A DNA stretch of 64,000 nt from an uncultured Rhodobacteraceae bacterium (GCA_943787605.1 CALSNB010000001.1:81404-145403), one strand, 5' to 3'. Positions 1 to 9,788 are shown, numbered from the stretch's first letter. Translations and numbers: made by a program. The notes: generated by a model from the sequence alone, not told the origin.

Positions 1-78
1 CTCTGCCTCATTTTCAAAAAACATTTCTTTCCATGGAGCAAGTCCACGAGAAAGGTCTTGGGTAAGTTTAACAAGCAT
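1..78 (-). CDS. N-terminal end of an unidentified gene running off the left edge (MLVKLTQDLSRGLAPWKEMFFENEAE...)
   Basis: ATG at 78-76 with AGGAG 7 nt upstream (ctcct at 86-90 on + strand). The frame is open to position 1. Too short to name. Confidence 0.3.
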   Translation of the reverse strand, partial: MLVKLTQDLSRGLAPWKEMFFENEAE

Positions 79-300
79 ATTTAATCTCCTATATTTTATA
101 CTGACCGGTATTTTTAAGATCGAAAGATACGTAAATTATATTTATTACATAAAGTAAACCCACAGCTTTGCAACTTTGTTACAATTCAAAAAGTTACCGA
201 TTGGATAGTTACATTACATTGTGATCGTTAGGGTAAATCTAAACCTAATAAAATCTAATTTCTTCTTCTATTCTTAGCGGATCTCTGTTACGATTTTAGA

Positions 301-405
301 ATGGAAGAATTTTTAAATCAAATTATCGTGGGTGGGGTGATTGTTGTAATAGCGGTCGTTCTATATTTTTCAAAAGATAATAGCAGTAAAAGTAAGAAGA
401 AGTAG
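301..405 (+). CDS. possible 34-aa single-TM peptide (MEEFLNQIIVGGVIVVIAVVLYFSKDNSSKSKKK)
   Basis: Hand-translated ORF below the track cutoff: hydrophobic core followed by a Lys-rich tail. No convincing Shine-Dalgarno sequence. Confidence 0.2.
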   Translation: MEEFLNQIIVGGVIVVIAVVLYFSKDNSSKSKKK

Positions 406-502
406 GCTAAAAGCAAATAAAAACCTCAGCACGCTAACAGAATCTTTTATTTAAACTTAAAATGGGCGGATGCTTTGCCGCCAAAATCTTATTAAATTTG
501 GT

Positions 503-751
503 TTATACGTCCAAAAGCCTTAAAGCGGCTGCAAGAATATCTTCTGATAGTTGATGATCTCCATTTTTGTGTGCTTCTTCCCCTTTGGTTCTTAGCATTT
601 TTGCAGCTTCAATTATAGCCCCATGTTTAGTTATATCTAGTTCTGAAATTGCTTGATTCACATCACCAATTTTCATTGGGCACGAATATGAAAATGCAAA
701 TGAAGGGAACACTCCTAAAATCAAAATAAGTAGTAAAGTTTTGAGTTTCAT
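503..751 (-). CDS. small secreted protein of unknown function
   Basis: Internal ATG at 751-749 is preceded by AGGAGA. It gives MKLKTLLLILILGVFPSFAFS, a typical signal peptide. The longer track ORF (to 826) adds an unlikely N-terminal extension. Confidence 0.5.
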   Translation of the reverse strand: MKLKTLLLILILGVFPSFAFSYSCPMKIGDVNQAISELDITKHGAIIEAAKMLRTKGEEAHKNGDHQLSEDILAAALRLLDV

Positions 752-989
752 GATTTTCTCCTGAGTAAAATTATATGTATTCAATATACAGAAAAAGAAT
801 AATTTTAAATAGTGAGCAATTGTCACAGCAAAAAAGTTTTTGAATCTTTATGGCAGGAAACAAAGTTTGTTAAGATAGAGCCATTGTAACGGTTGGGTAT
901 CTCAAGTATTGAATTTTTCAAATTCTAATTAGCAATTAATCCCTTAGTCGACAAACGCTTGCATGTACTTTTTAAAAGGAGATATCCGT

Positions 990-2060
990 ATGCCACAGGC
1001 TAGTCCTCAAGACTTGAAAGATCTACCTCAAACACTAGTTGGACCTTCTGCATGGTTAGGAAAAGATATGGCGGCTAATCCCGATGCTTGGCTATATAGT
1101 CTAACAGTGGAAGATATCAAAGATTTAGAAAATGCTGCTCAGTATTTCCTAAGTCTTGGTGTTGATATTGGTGAAATTACTAAAGAAACATTCCCACTAA
1201 CAACATTTCTAAAGCACATTAATAGTTTGCAAAATAAATTGTTAAAAGGAACTGGCGTAGAAGTCCTACGTGGTCTGCCCATTACAAATTATTCTCAAGA
1301 GTTTACTGCAACAATCTTTTGTGGGTTAGGGTCACATCTTGGAAGTGCTCGTTCGCAAAACTCTGATGGTCATATTTTAGGGCATGTTCGTGATATCGGT
1401 GCAGATCCAAACGACCCTAATAGTCGAATTTATCAAACTTGTGATCGTCAAACATTCCATACAGATAGTGCCGATGTCGTAGGCCTAGTTTGCATCAAAG
1501 AAGCCAAAGAAGGTGGACGATCATTATTAGTAAGTGCTGAGTCCATTTATAACCGCATGAAGTTAGAATGCCCTGATTTGTTAGAAAAACTATTTGATCC
1601 TATCGCCACAGATCGTCGTGGAGAAATTCCTGAGGGTGCGAAGCCATTTATGGAAATACCTGTTTTAAATTGGAACCAAGGATATCTAACTGTTTTCTAT
1701 CAAAGACAATATATAGATAGTGCGCAAAGGTTCGAGGGAGCGATGCGACTAACTGCTGAGCATATTGAAGCGCTAGATATGTTTGACTCGTTGGCAAATA
1801 ATCCTGATCTTTGCTTCGGTATGCAGTTGGAGCCAGGAGATATGCAATTCGTGTATAATCATTCTCAGTTGCATGATCGCACTGGGTTTTTAGATTGGCC
1901 AGATCCTAAAGAGCGACGTCATTTAATGCGTTTATGGTTGTCTATGGAGGGTGATCGCCCTTTACCAGATTGTTACAAAGAACGTTATGGCTCGATTGAA
2001 GTTGGTAATCGTGGTGGTATCATCACGAAAGAAACTAAATTGCATGCACCCTTAGATTAA
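990..2060 (+). CDS. TauD/TfdA-family Fe(II)/2-oxoglutarate dioxygenase (paralog 1)
   Basis: ATG 990 has AAAGGAG 8 nt upstream. Shows the His-x-Asp facial-triad motif (FHTDSADVVGL), a distal His (NHSQLHDR) and a C-terminal RLWLS...RPLP tail. Clear paralog of 5338-6357. Confidence 0.8.
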   Translation: MPQASPQDLKDLPQTLVGPSAWLGKDMAANPDAWLYSLTVEDIKDLENAAQYFLSLGVDIGEITKETFPLTTFLKHINSLQNKLLKGTGVEVLRGLPITNYSQEFTATIFCGLGSHLGSARSQNSDGHILGHVRDIGADPNDPNSRIYQTCDRQTFHTDSADVVGLVCIKEAKEGGRSLLVSAESIYNRMKLECPDLLEKLFDPIATDRRGEIPEGAKPFMEIPVLNWNQGYLTVFYQRQYIDSAQRFEGAMRLTAEHIEALDMFDSLANNPDLCFGMQLEPGDMQFVYNHSQLHDRTGFLDWPDPKERRHLMRLWLSMEGDRPLPDCYKERYGSIEVGNRGGIITKETKLHAPLD

Positions 2061-2247
2061 GGCTAGCCCTACGCATAGTGGAAGCAAAATCTATTGAATA
2101 AGTTTCAATGACTTAAATCAAATGTGAAGGCCAGGTCCACAAAAATTTTGTACTTTTTCCTGTTTGTCTAAGAGTTTACTTACTTTGGTTTTTCAAAGGT
2201 ATAATCGAGTACTGATTTTAAATTTCCAAAAAAATATATGCTTTATA

Positions 2248-2269
2248 TATAGATAAAATTTTATCTATA
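2248..2269. promoter_or_regulatory. 22-bp perfect palindrome TATAGATAAAATTTTATCTATA upstream of the TRAP operon (candidate operator)
   Basis: Read directly: the sequence equals its own reverse complement. It lies 143 nt upstream of the TRAP binding-protein start codon, in a 350-nt intergenic region. Confidence 0.35.
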
Positions 2270-2411
2270 AACCATATTATTTTCACTTGTAAACTCTACT
2301 AACTAAGGAGATCCTGTGGGTTCATAGTGTTAAGTAAGTAACAATAATATTTATTAGTTATTTGTTAATAATCACGTATTAATACCTTTATTTCTGGGAG
2401 GAATATTAAAG

Positions 2412-3413
2412 ATGATGAAATTTATATATTTTAAGCTAGTATTAGTGGTTGGCCTGTTAGCTTCGCCCACATTTGCCGCGGAAGAGTATTTAGCCCGAAT
2501 ATCAGGCCATTGGTCACCTACACACCAGAGTGCTATCCACTCACAACTTTTTGCTGACGAAGTAACAAAAAGATCAAATGGAAGATTAAAAGTTGAGTTT
2601 TACCCCTCAAAACAACTCTTTGATATTAGGAGTGTAATGGGTGGTGTTACTTCAGGAGCCGTGGAAATGGGCGGTATAGTAGGAGTTGTAAGTTTTCCAA
2701 AAATTAATAAAAACTTTAGTGTTGCATCGTTTCCAGGGTTGTTTGGGTCTTACGATGAGCAAAGACGGTTTTTCTTAGAAGATAAGACAGGTAGTGAAAT
2801 ATGGAATAATATTACTAAAAAAAGTAATACAAAACTCATTATGTATAATCCGGTTGGTCCGATTATGACCTTTAGTGGTGCACGAGAGTTAACTGGGATA
2901 GACGTAATGAAGGGTCTTAAAGCAAGAGCGCTTTTAGGAAGTGAAAGGCCAATGTGGAAAGCAATGGAAGCGTCTATTGTCTCTTTGAAAACAGGTGAGG
3001 TTTATACAGCGTTACAAACTGGGATGATTGACACAATCAATACTCCTCCGGGAAGCGTTGAGGCTTACAGCTGGTGGGAACATCTTAAGTATGCTCAAAA
3101 ACCGTACCAGTATTATGCTGATGCATATATTATGGCAAATGCAACTTGGTTTGATAGCTTGCCAAAAGATCTTCAAGATCTTCTTATGACTGTTGGTGCA
3201 GAGATAGGTAAGAAGGCAACAGATACAATCTTTGACGCTGGTGAAAATTCTCTTAAGAAATTCCAAGCAATGGGTGGGATTGTCACGACACTAAGTGGTG
3301 CAGAGAAAGCTAAGTTCGATAAACTGATGAACGAGGTTGTTTTACCAGACATGGCGGATCAGTTCGATGCAAGCGCTTTGAAAGCGGCACAAGCTTTTGT
3401 AGCTAGTCAGTAA
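2412..3413 (+). CDS. TRAP transporter periplasmic solute-binding protein (DctP family)
   Basis: GGGAGG ribosome-binding site, signal peptide MMKFIYFKLVLVVGLLASPTFA, size of about 330 aa, and DctQ/DctM-type genes immediately downstream. Confidence 0.85.
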   Translation: MMKFIYFKLVLVVGLLASPTFAAEEYLARISGHWSPTHQSAIHSQLFADEVTKRSNGRLKVEFYPSKQLFDIRSVMGGVTSGAVEMGGIVGVVSFPKINKNFSVASFPGLFGSYDEQRRFFLEDKTGSEIWNNITKKSNTKLIMYNPVGPIMTFSGARELTGIDVMKGLKARALLGSERPMWKAMEASIVSLKTGEVYTALQTGMIDTINTPPGSVEAYSWWEHLKYAQKPYQYYADAYIMANATWFDSLPKDLQDLLMTVGAEIGKKATDTIFDAGENSLKKFQAMGGIVTTLSGAEKAKFDKLMNEVVLPDMADQFDASALKAAQAFVASQ

Positions 3414-3423
3414 GATATAACAA

Positions 3424-3455
3424 ATGGCTCCTCATAGATTGAGGGGCCATTTTTA
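3424..3455 (+). terminator. intra-operon stem-loop plus T-run between the TRAP binding-protein and permease genes (partial terminator or mRNA stabiliser)
   Basis: atggctcctc (3424-3433) pairs with gaggggccat (3441-3450): 10 bp with one G-U pair and a 7-nt loop, followed by ttttt. Confidence 0.6.
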
Positions 3456-3460
3456 TAAAC

Positions 3461-3982
3461 ATGATTAATTTTTTTTTAAAGCCTTTAGAGAAATTTAACA
3501 AAATTGTCTCCCAATGTGTTTTTGCTTTAGCGACAACTCTTATTGGATTGATTGTTCTTGCGCTGACAATGAGTGCGGTGACAAGATATGTTTCAGGTAA
3601 TGGCTATGACTGGTTTATTGAGTTACCTCCAGCTATGGTTACCTGGTTAGTCTTTCCTCTGCTAGGTCCTTTATTTAAGTCTGGGCAACATATATCTGTA
3701 GATTTTGTAACCGTTTTTCTAAATAAGGCACAGGTATCCTTTCTAAAATTTTTAACTCATATTACAGCTTTCATAGCAGCCATAATTTTCACTCAGGCTG
3801 GGATAGAAGCTACCCAATTATTCATACAACTAGGTGAAACGATGGAATTAGAAATAGAGATTCCGGTTTGGTGGATTTATTTGGCGTTCCCTGTTGGTTT
3901 TATTATTTTGGGCTTAATCTCGTTGGAATTAATACTGTTGGATATTAAAACATTTTTTTCAAAAAGTTTTGGGAACCTTTAA
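3461..3982 (+). CDS. TRAP transporter small permease (DctQ family)
   Basis: 173 aa with four hydrophobic helices, located between the binding-protein and large-permease genes. Confidence 0.8.
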   Translation: MINFFLKPLEKFNKIVSQCVFALATTLIGLIVLALTMSAVTRYVSGNGYDWFIELPPAMVTWLVFPLLGPLFKSGQHISVDFVTVFLNKAQVSFLKFLTHITAFIAAIIFTQAGIEATQLFIQLGETMELEIEIPVWWIYLAFPVGFIILGLISLELILLDIKTFFSKSFGNL

Positions 3983-3985
3983 AAT

Positions 3986-5254
3986 ATGTATATATTTTCT
4001 TTAGCCTTATCGACTTTTTTTCTAGCCATATCTTTACCAATATTCTTAGTTTTTGCTATTGGTAGTTCTGTTGCAGCGATTTGGGGACTTAATTTACCGT
4101 GGTCTACTCTTATACAAATCTCATTTCAAGCGTTAGCAAAGCATGTATTGATTGCGGTCCCCTTATTTATTTTTGCTGGAATGGCAATGTTACGCGGTGG
4201 TGCAGCATCAAGGTTGGTATCGTTTGCAACGGCTTTGGTAGGCCATTGGCCTGGTGGCCTGGGAATAGCAATGGTTATAGCAATGGGTTTCTTTGCTGCA
4301 TTTTGTGGATCTATCCTGGCAGCTATAACTGCAGTTGGCACAATTATGATGCCAAAAATGATCGAGCAAGGCTATCCTAAGCCTTTTGTTGTTGTGCTAG
4401 CAGCATCTGCTGCACTTTTGGAAGCACTTATCCCTCCTTCAAATGCAGCAATACTATTTAGTGCATTGACTAATGTTCCAGTGTCTCAAACTTTTGCTGC
4501 TGGTATTGTGCCAGGTCTTATTCTCTTGGTATTAATGATTGTTCTAGTTCTCATAAAATGTAGAAATATTAAGAGCCCAGAAAGGGTCTCTAATTATGGT
4601 AAGTTAACTGCTGGTATAAAAGCACTCCCAGCTTTGTTTACACCTATTATTATCCTTGGGGGTATATATGCAGGGCTCCTCACCCCTGCGGAGTCAGCGG
4701 CCGTTGCCGGGGTGTGGGCAATCATTATGGGAGCGGTTATCTATAGAGAGCTAACGATAAGCTCTTTAATTCTATGCCTTAGAGAAACAGCTTCAATTAC
4801 TGCAGTTATTTTCTCTATTATAGCTACAGCAACGTTCTTGAGTGTAGTCTTGACTTACACACAAGTTCCACAAAAATTAATTTTATATTTTACCGAGATG
4901 GGAGCTGGGATTTGGTTTTTTTGGTTATCTCTGGCCATAATATGTCTTATTTTAGGAACGTTTATTGAAATTGTACCAGTGTTTTATTTAACAGTTCCAA
5001 TTTTTGCTGCACTTATAATTTCGTTAAACCAAAGCTTATTGCATCTATATGTTGTTTTTGTTGCATTTGCAGGTATTGGGATGATCACACCACCCGTATG
5101 TGTTGGTATTTACACTTCAGCGGGTGTGATAAAAGAAAATCCAGGAAATGCTTTTAAAGAGGTGCCATTGTTCGTCTTTGTAGGAATAATATATGGAATA
5201 TTAATGATTATATTCCCGGCAGCATCAACATGGTTGCCAAATGTATTACGATGA
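3986..5254 (+). CDS. TRAP transporter large permease (DctM family)
   Basis: 422-aa polytopic membrane protein starting 3 nt after the DctQ stop. Size and hydrophobicity pattern are typical of DctM. Confidence 0.85.
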   Translation: MYIFSLALSTFFLAISLPIFLVFAIGSSVAAIWGLNLPWSTLIQISFQALAKHVLIAVPLFIFAGMAMLRGGAASRLVSFATALVGHWPGGLGIAMVIAMGFFAAFCGSILAAITAVGTIMMPKMIEQGYPKPFVVVLAASAALLEALIPPSNAAILFSALTNVPVSQTFAAGIVPGLILLVLMIVLVLIKCRNIKSPERVSNYGKLTAGIKALPALFTPIIILGGIYAGLLTPAESAAVAGVWAIIMGAVIYRELTISSLILCLRETASITAVIFSIIATATFLSVVLTYTQVPQKLILYFTEMGAGIWFFWLSLAIICLILGTFIEIVPVFYLTVPIFAALIISLNQSLLHLYVVFVAFAGIGMITPPVCVGIYTSAGVIKENPGNAFKEVPLFVFVGIIYGILMIIFPAASTWLPNVLR

Positions 5255-5337
5255 ACTTATTTAAGAATTTCTATTTAAGAGAGCTCAATTTGACCTGTTT
5301 GTTGCTCTGACTGTTTCAAGGCTTTTAGGAGAGGCAT

Positions 5338-6357
5338 ATGCACAAAAATATCTTAACTGGAGAATGGAAAGTATCAGATTTAAATATAAAAAAAGACTGG
5401 ATCTTCGAGCTTCAAGAAAATGATCAAAAGGAGCTTATAGATGCAACCAATCAAGCTATTAAATCAAAAAAAGAATTATTCGATCTTAAAGCTTCTGATT
5501 TCCCATTAAATAAGTTCAAAAAGAAAATAGACTTAGCAAAGCATCAACTCGGAAAAGGTTTAGGTTTCGCTATATTGCGAAACTTACCAATTAAAAACTT
5601 TAGTGATAATGATGTGAAAATAATGTTTTGGGGTATTGGACAGTATTTTGGGTTTCCTGAACCTCAAGATAAAGCGGGTTCACTACTCCACGTGGTTACT
5701 GATACAGGCGCCACAGTAAAAAATTCAGATAACATTAGAGGCTTTCAAACCAATCAAGAACTACAGTTTCATACTGACGGAGGCGATGCCTTTGGGCTTC
5801 TATGCGTTCGGCCTGCAAAAAAAGGAGGCCTTTCAAAACTTGTGTCTTCTGTAGCTATCTTCAAAGAGATAGAAAGGTTACGTCCAGATTTGGCGCATGA
5901 ATTACAAGAAAATTTTCATTTTGATACTCGCGCCCAAAATCCTAATGAAAACAAATCCCAAAATGTTCCAGTATTCATAAAACATGACGGTTTGGTTTCG
6001 GCCCTATACAAAAGACAATATATTGAAACAGCGCAACGGTTTTCGGATATCCCTAAGTTGACGACAAAACAGATCGAGGCACTTGATATGGTTGATAGTC
6101 TTTGCAACGATGCAGAGTTCTGCTTTGATATCAAATTAAAACCCGGGGATATGGAAATTGCAAATAATGCTACTACCTTTCATTCACGTGAAAACTACCA
6201 GGACTACGACGATATTAATAAAAGACGTTGTATGCTAAGGCTATGGCTTTCGCTTTATGATGGTCGTCCACTTCCAGATGCATATGAGGATACACGAGAA
6301 TGGGCTGCAACGTTCCAACGTCGAAAAGAGATTAAGAATTTCATCAAACCTATTTAA
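5338..6357 (+). CDS. TauD/TfdA-family Fe(II)/2-oxoglutarate dioxygenase (paralog 2)
   Basis: GGAGAGG ribosome-binding site, FHTDGGDAFGL (His-x-Asp), distal His in TTFHSRE, and an RLWLS...RPLP tail collinear with 990-2060. Confidence 0.8.
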   Translation: MHKNILTGEWKVSDLNIKKDWIFELQENDQKELIDATNQAIKSKKELFDLKASDFPLNKFKKKIDLAKHQLGKGLGFAILRNLPIKNFSDNDVKIMFWGIGQYFGFPEPQDKAGSLLHVVTDTGATVKNSDNIRGFQTNQELQFHTDGGDAFGLLCVRPAKKGGLSKLVSSVAIFKEIERLRPDLAHELQENFHFDTRAQNPNENKSQNVPVFIKHDGLVSALYKRQYIETAQRFSDIPKLTTKQIEALDMVDSLCNDAEFCFDIKLKPGDMEIANNATTFHSRENYQDYDDINKRRCMLRLWLSLYDGRPLPDAYEDTREWAATFQRRKEIKNFIKPI

Positions 6358-6520
6358 TTAAAAAAACAAAAAGTGTTTTAAAGGATTGGTCACTCTCAAA
6401 AAAAAAGAGGTTGTTAATTATGTTGAGTGATCCAGTAGAACCAAAAAATGCTATATGATCAATCACTGCTGCACTTACTAATTGTCCAACCAGAACAAAA
6501 ACCCAAAAGCAATTTTTCAT
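6350..6520 (-). pseudogene. possible remnant of a YdcZ/DUF606-like (DMT-superfamily) membrane protein gene
   Basis: Hand-translated 56-codon ORF MKNCFWVFVLVGQLVSAAVIDHIAFFGSTG... The GQ-x7-IDH-x3-FG stretch resembles the conserved C-terminal motif of that family as I remember it. It is far too short to be functional and overlaps the end of 5338-6357. Confidence 0.2.
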
Positions 6521-6583
6521 AACTTTTTTATGTTTTACTTCTAATAAACAAAATTATAGATACCAAAGAAAAAGGAATTAAAA

Positions 6584-7003
6584 ATGATTGAGAACTTTAA
6601 TAACATATACTTATTTTTACTTTTTATTTTTGCCTGTATTTTTACTCCGGGCTTTTATGCCGCCGCGCAACTTTGGGAGTCTAAAAAGGTATTGGAAAGG
6701 TATGGAATTGACGAGTCTGCGACATTAATTGCCAGATTTGCTGCATGTTGGCCCACGGCAGAAGCTTTGGTGGCTTTGTTAATACTTTTTATAGGTCCCC
6801 AAGGTAACTGGGCATTTTTCACGTTTGGTGTTATTGTTTTTGGTGCCAGCACAATTTACAATACTTTGTCATATTTCAATATAGCTTTAACTCTGGGACG
6901 CGGTAAATATAAAGTTTTACCTGAGGCAATGTATGCCTCAATATTTAAGTTGGCTGTATATTTAATATTATTAATTTCTTTATCTGATAAGTTATTTTTG
7001 TAA
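6584..7003 (+). CDS. four-helix integral membrane protein of unknown function
   Basis: 139 aa with four hydrophobic segments and AAGGAA upstream. Same strand as the LuxE-like gene and 50 nt before it. Confidence 0.5.
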   Translation: MIENFNNIYLFLLFIFACIFTPGFYAAAQLWESKKVLERYGIDESATLIARFAACWPTAEALVALLILFIGPQGNWAFFTFGVIVFGASTIYNTLSYFNIALTLGRGKYKVLPEAMYASIFKLAVYLILLISLSDKLFL

Positions 7004-7053
7004 CTACGTTAATTGTTTTAAATATGAATATTTTATAGAATAGGGATTCAGTA

Positions 7054-8388
7054 ATGAATGGTGCTTTTAATGGTTTTGGAATTCCTCAAGATTTAAAAAC
7101 AGAGGACTCCACAATAAAGAATGATCCATACTTATTAAAACTAAGGGAGATCTTATCACAAGAAAATATTATGAATGAATATACTCAGGAAAGAACTTCA
7201 AGCCTTCAGCAAGAACTCTTATATCCGTATCTCAATTTTTTCTTAAGAAACGATAAAAATGATTACTATAAAAAATTATTTTTTTCACGAGGTTTAACTG
7301 AAGATGAAAATGGTTCACTAAAAGAGGGTCTTGTTTTATCAGATTTGATTAAATTAAGGATTCACTCTGATGATTTACGCGGAGACGGTCAAGAAATAAG
7401 ACGGATTGAGCATTTCCCTGATAAAAGCTACGGGATGAATTTTATGTCCAGTGGTACTACCAAGGGTACTAATGGTCCTGTGAATTTATATAGATCAAAT
7501 ATTTCCCTTGACCTGTCGAGAAAGACTAATGGAAACCTAATTGATTGGTCTCTTGGAAAGAAGATAGATGGTGGTGAGTGTTTGTTCCATATGGCACCAG
7601 AGATGACTAATTTCCTCGCCTTTGCAGCAATCGGCTCTGACTTTTTACGTGACAGGGGTCTAAAAGTAGGTTTTGGAGCAAAAATTAAAAATGGCCCCAA
7701 GGACTCTACAATATGGCAACGCATTGGTCCAAATATCAAAGAAATGAGAAAGTTCTTTAAGAGTAAAAACCATACAAAATACTTTATTGCCAGTGGAGTT
7801 GGTCTATATAAAATGTTTATGGAACCTAAAGGTATTAAGGGTCTCATGATGAAATTATCTTTAGGGGCTCCACCTGTATATTTAGGCAAGCACGGTGTCT
7901 TAATGATTGGTGGTGGACTAAAACGTTTACCCCGTGAAATTACCTCATTAAGCCAAGTTGTCAAATCAACAAGCGATAAAATATATCTTGAAAAAAATGG
8001 TAAAAGTACTCCAGCACCTGTTATTGACATGCTTGGTCTTACTGAGTCTGGCAATGTTTTTATAGGCTTACCTAATGATCCAAACTCAGAGGAATCATGG
8101 GCAAAGTATCCACACCCTTTATCATATACGGCTTTATTAAATTCACCAAATGACCTTACACCGGTAAAAAATCCAAAAGCCGGTAAAGAATATCTATTAT
8201 TTTATGTTAATTTTGCTACCCTTGATTATATAGAGGCTATTATCCCAGGAGATTTTGTTCTTCCTGCAAATGACACACCAACAATAAAAACTATTATGGG
8301 AGAACGTAACATTTCTCAAAGAGGTTTCATATACTCTCGTAGAGCGGAGGTAGATGAGGGTTTCAAAATACGAGAAGGTTGTGGATGA
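7054..8388 (+). CDS. LuxE-like acyl-protein synthetase (adenylate-forming enzyme)
   Basis: Phosphate-loop-like FMSSGTTKGTNGP, LGLTESG, a GD...RR...KIREG C-terminal region, and a penultimate Cys (REGCG end). LuxE is acylated on a Cys near its C-terminus. The stop overlaps the start of a LuxC-like gene. Confidence 0.6.
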   Translation: MNGAFNGFGIPQDLKTEDSTIKNDPYLLKLREILSQENIMNEYTQERTSSLQQELLYPYLNFFLRNDKNDYYKKLFFSRGLTEDENGSLKEGLVLSDLIKLRIHSDDLRGDGQEIRRIEHFPDKSYGMNFMSSGTTKGTNGPVNLYRSNISLDLSRKTNGNLIDWSLGKKIDGGECLFHMAPEMTNFLAFAAIGSDFLRDRGLKVGFGAKIKNGPKDSTIWQRIGPNIKEMRKFFKSKNHTKYFIASGVGLYKMFMEPKGIKGLMMKLSLGAPPVYLGKHGVLMIGGGLKRLPREITSLSQVVKSTSDKIYLEKNGKSTPAPVIDMLGLTESGNVFIGLPNDPNSEESWAKYPHPLSYTALLNSPNDLTPVKNPKAGKEYLLFYVNFATLDYIEAIIPGDFVLPANDTPTIKTIMGERNISQRGFIYSRRAEVDEGFKIREGCG

Positions 8389-9788
8389 TAAGATTTTTAT
8401 CAAAAGGAAAGAAAAATAAAAAAGTATGTTTGAATGAGACGTTTCCATGGTTAAATTCTATAGAAAAAAATAAGCTAGAACAAAAGAAAGAGAAGTTTTC
8501 TTCTAGATTAAAAGATTTTAAGAAATCAGATAATTATGTAAAAACTGATTCATGGAAAGATCTACTAATTGAATTTAAGGCTGGCCTGTTAGAGGCTGGT
8601 TATCCTAAATATGCCGCTGATTTAGAGCTAGAGTTACTGGCTGAGTTATTTAACCCTGATACAATAAATAGTATCTTTTCAAATCCAAGTAATAGCTTTT
8701 ATAAATCGATAGAGAATGATGTTTTTGTCGATGAACAGAAATTTTCGGTTAATTATAGGTTTATGAGGTCACCGAAAGGTTTGGTCTTCATTGTTGGAAG
8801 CTCAAACACTATATTGCCAGTAATATTAGCGATTATGTTATCTTATCTTTGTGGTAATATAACTGTGGTTCAGCTTTCCAACCTCCATCAGAAAATTATC
8901 CCAAATTTTTTTAATAGATTACCACATTTTAAGAAGAATTGTATATATTTCACGAATTTAAACCAAGGTGTTGACAACGATCGAGATCAACTTACTGACC
9001 TAATATCAACAGTCGACTGGGATATAATAAATGTTTGGGGCGGTGAGGAAGCAAACGATTTTTATTATTCAACTTCACGTAACAATAAATATAGACCTAA
9101 AGTCTTAACCATGGAGCCCCTGACTGGCGTAACACTGATACAAGCAAAATACCTCAAGGAAAACCGAGGGGTACTAGCAAAAGACCTTGCTGAAGCGATT
9201 ACTATAATGGGGCAACAACTTTGCAGTTCCCCCACTGAGGGGTACATAATTGGAGATATAGAAGAACCTTTAAGGAGAGAATTTTTTTTAGAGCTAATTA
9301 AACAGATTGAAGAAAATTATCAATTTCATAATACGGCAGAAGCAAATGCCATCAAATTAGATAGAGCCTTAACTAAAGCTAACGATTCTGGGTCGAGGGT
9401 TTATACATCACAAAAATATGGGAGCCTTATCTCAATTATTAACAGTGATGATCAGTCATTTTTTATAAAAACAGATTTAGATATTAACCTATCAATACAC
9501 AATCGAAATAACTTTTTAGAATTAATAAATATTAATTCGTTTGAAAATGCATACGAAACTGTCTCACAAATAAGTGATAAAGTAACACATGATCAGATAA
9601 AAAAAATCCAAACAATCTTGGTTTTTGGGGATAAAGATTTTTGGACCGAGGCTATTAACTTAGCAAAAGTTGTTGGTGCTTACCGAGTTATAGATCTTAA
9701 CTATGTCTTAAAACGTCACCCTTTTGAGCCCTTAGACGGGATTCATTTAATAGAAGAGTTTACATATCCAATTGCTATTCTAGATTAA
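8385..9788 (+). CDS. LuxC-like acyl-CoA/acyl-protein reductase (ALDH superfamily)
   Basis: ATG 8385 overlaps the upstream TGA (ATGA). Shows FIVGSSNTILPV...VVQLS and a candidate catalytic Cys in GQQLCSSPTEG, as in LuxC-type reductases. The track start at 8379 is TTG. Confidence 0.6.
   Translation: MIRFLSKGKKNKKVCLNETFPWLNSIEKNKLEQKKEKFSSRLKDFKKSDNYVKTDSWKDLLIEFKAGLLEAGYPKYAADLELELLAELFNPDTINSIFSNPSNSFYKSIENDVFVDEQKFSVNYRFMRSPKGLVFIVGSSNTILPVILAIMLSYLCGNITVVQLSNLHQKIIPNFFNRLPHFKKNCIYFTNLNQGVDNDRDQLTDLISTVDWDIINVWGGEEANDFYYSTSRNNKYRPKVLTMEPLTGVTLIQAKYLKENRGVLAKDLAEAITIMGQQLCSSPTEGYIIGDIEEPLRREFFLELIKQIEENYQFHNTAEANAIKLDRALTKANDSGSRVYTSQKYGSLISIINSDDQSFFIKTDLDINLSIHNRNNFLELININSFENAYETVSQISDKVTHDQIKKIQTILVFGDKDFWTEAINLAKVVGAYRVIDLNYVLKRHPFEPLDGIHLIEEFTYPIAILD

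Noticed and set aside
7428-8054. 208-aa ORF antisense to the LuxE-like gene
   Set aside because: It is entirely nested opposite an ORF with recognisable adenylate-forming motifs. Its own translation is Pro/Ser/Leu-rich with no motif and no ribosome-binding site. It is a typical shadow ORF.
7054-9788. LuxE/LuxC-like pair as part of a bioluminescence (lux) operon
   Set aside because: No luxA/luxB luciferase, luxD thioesterase or luxG is present in the window. The pair alone indicates aldehyde formation, not light emission.
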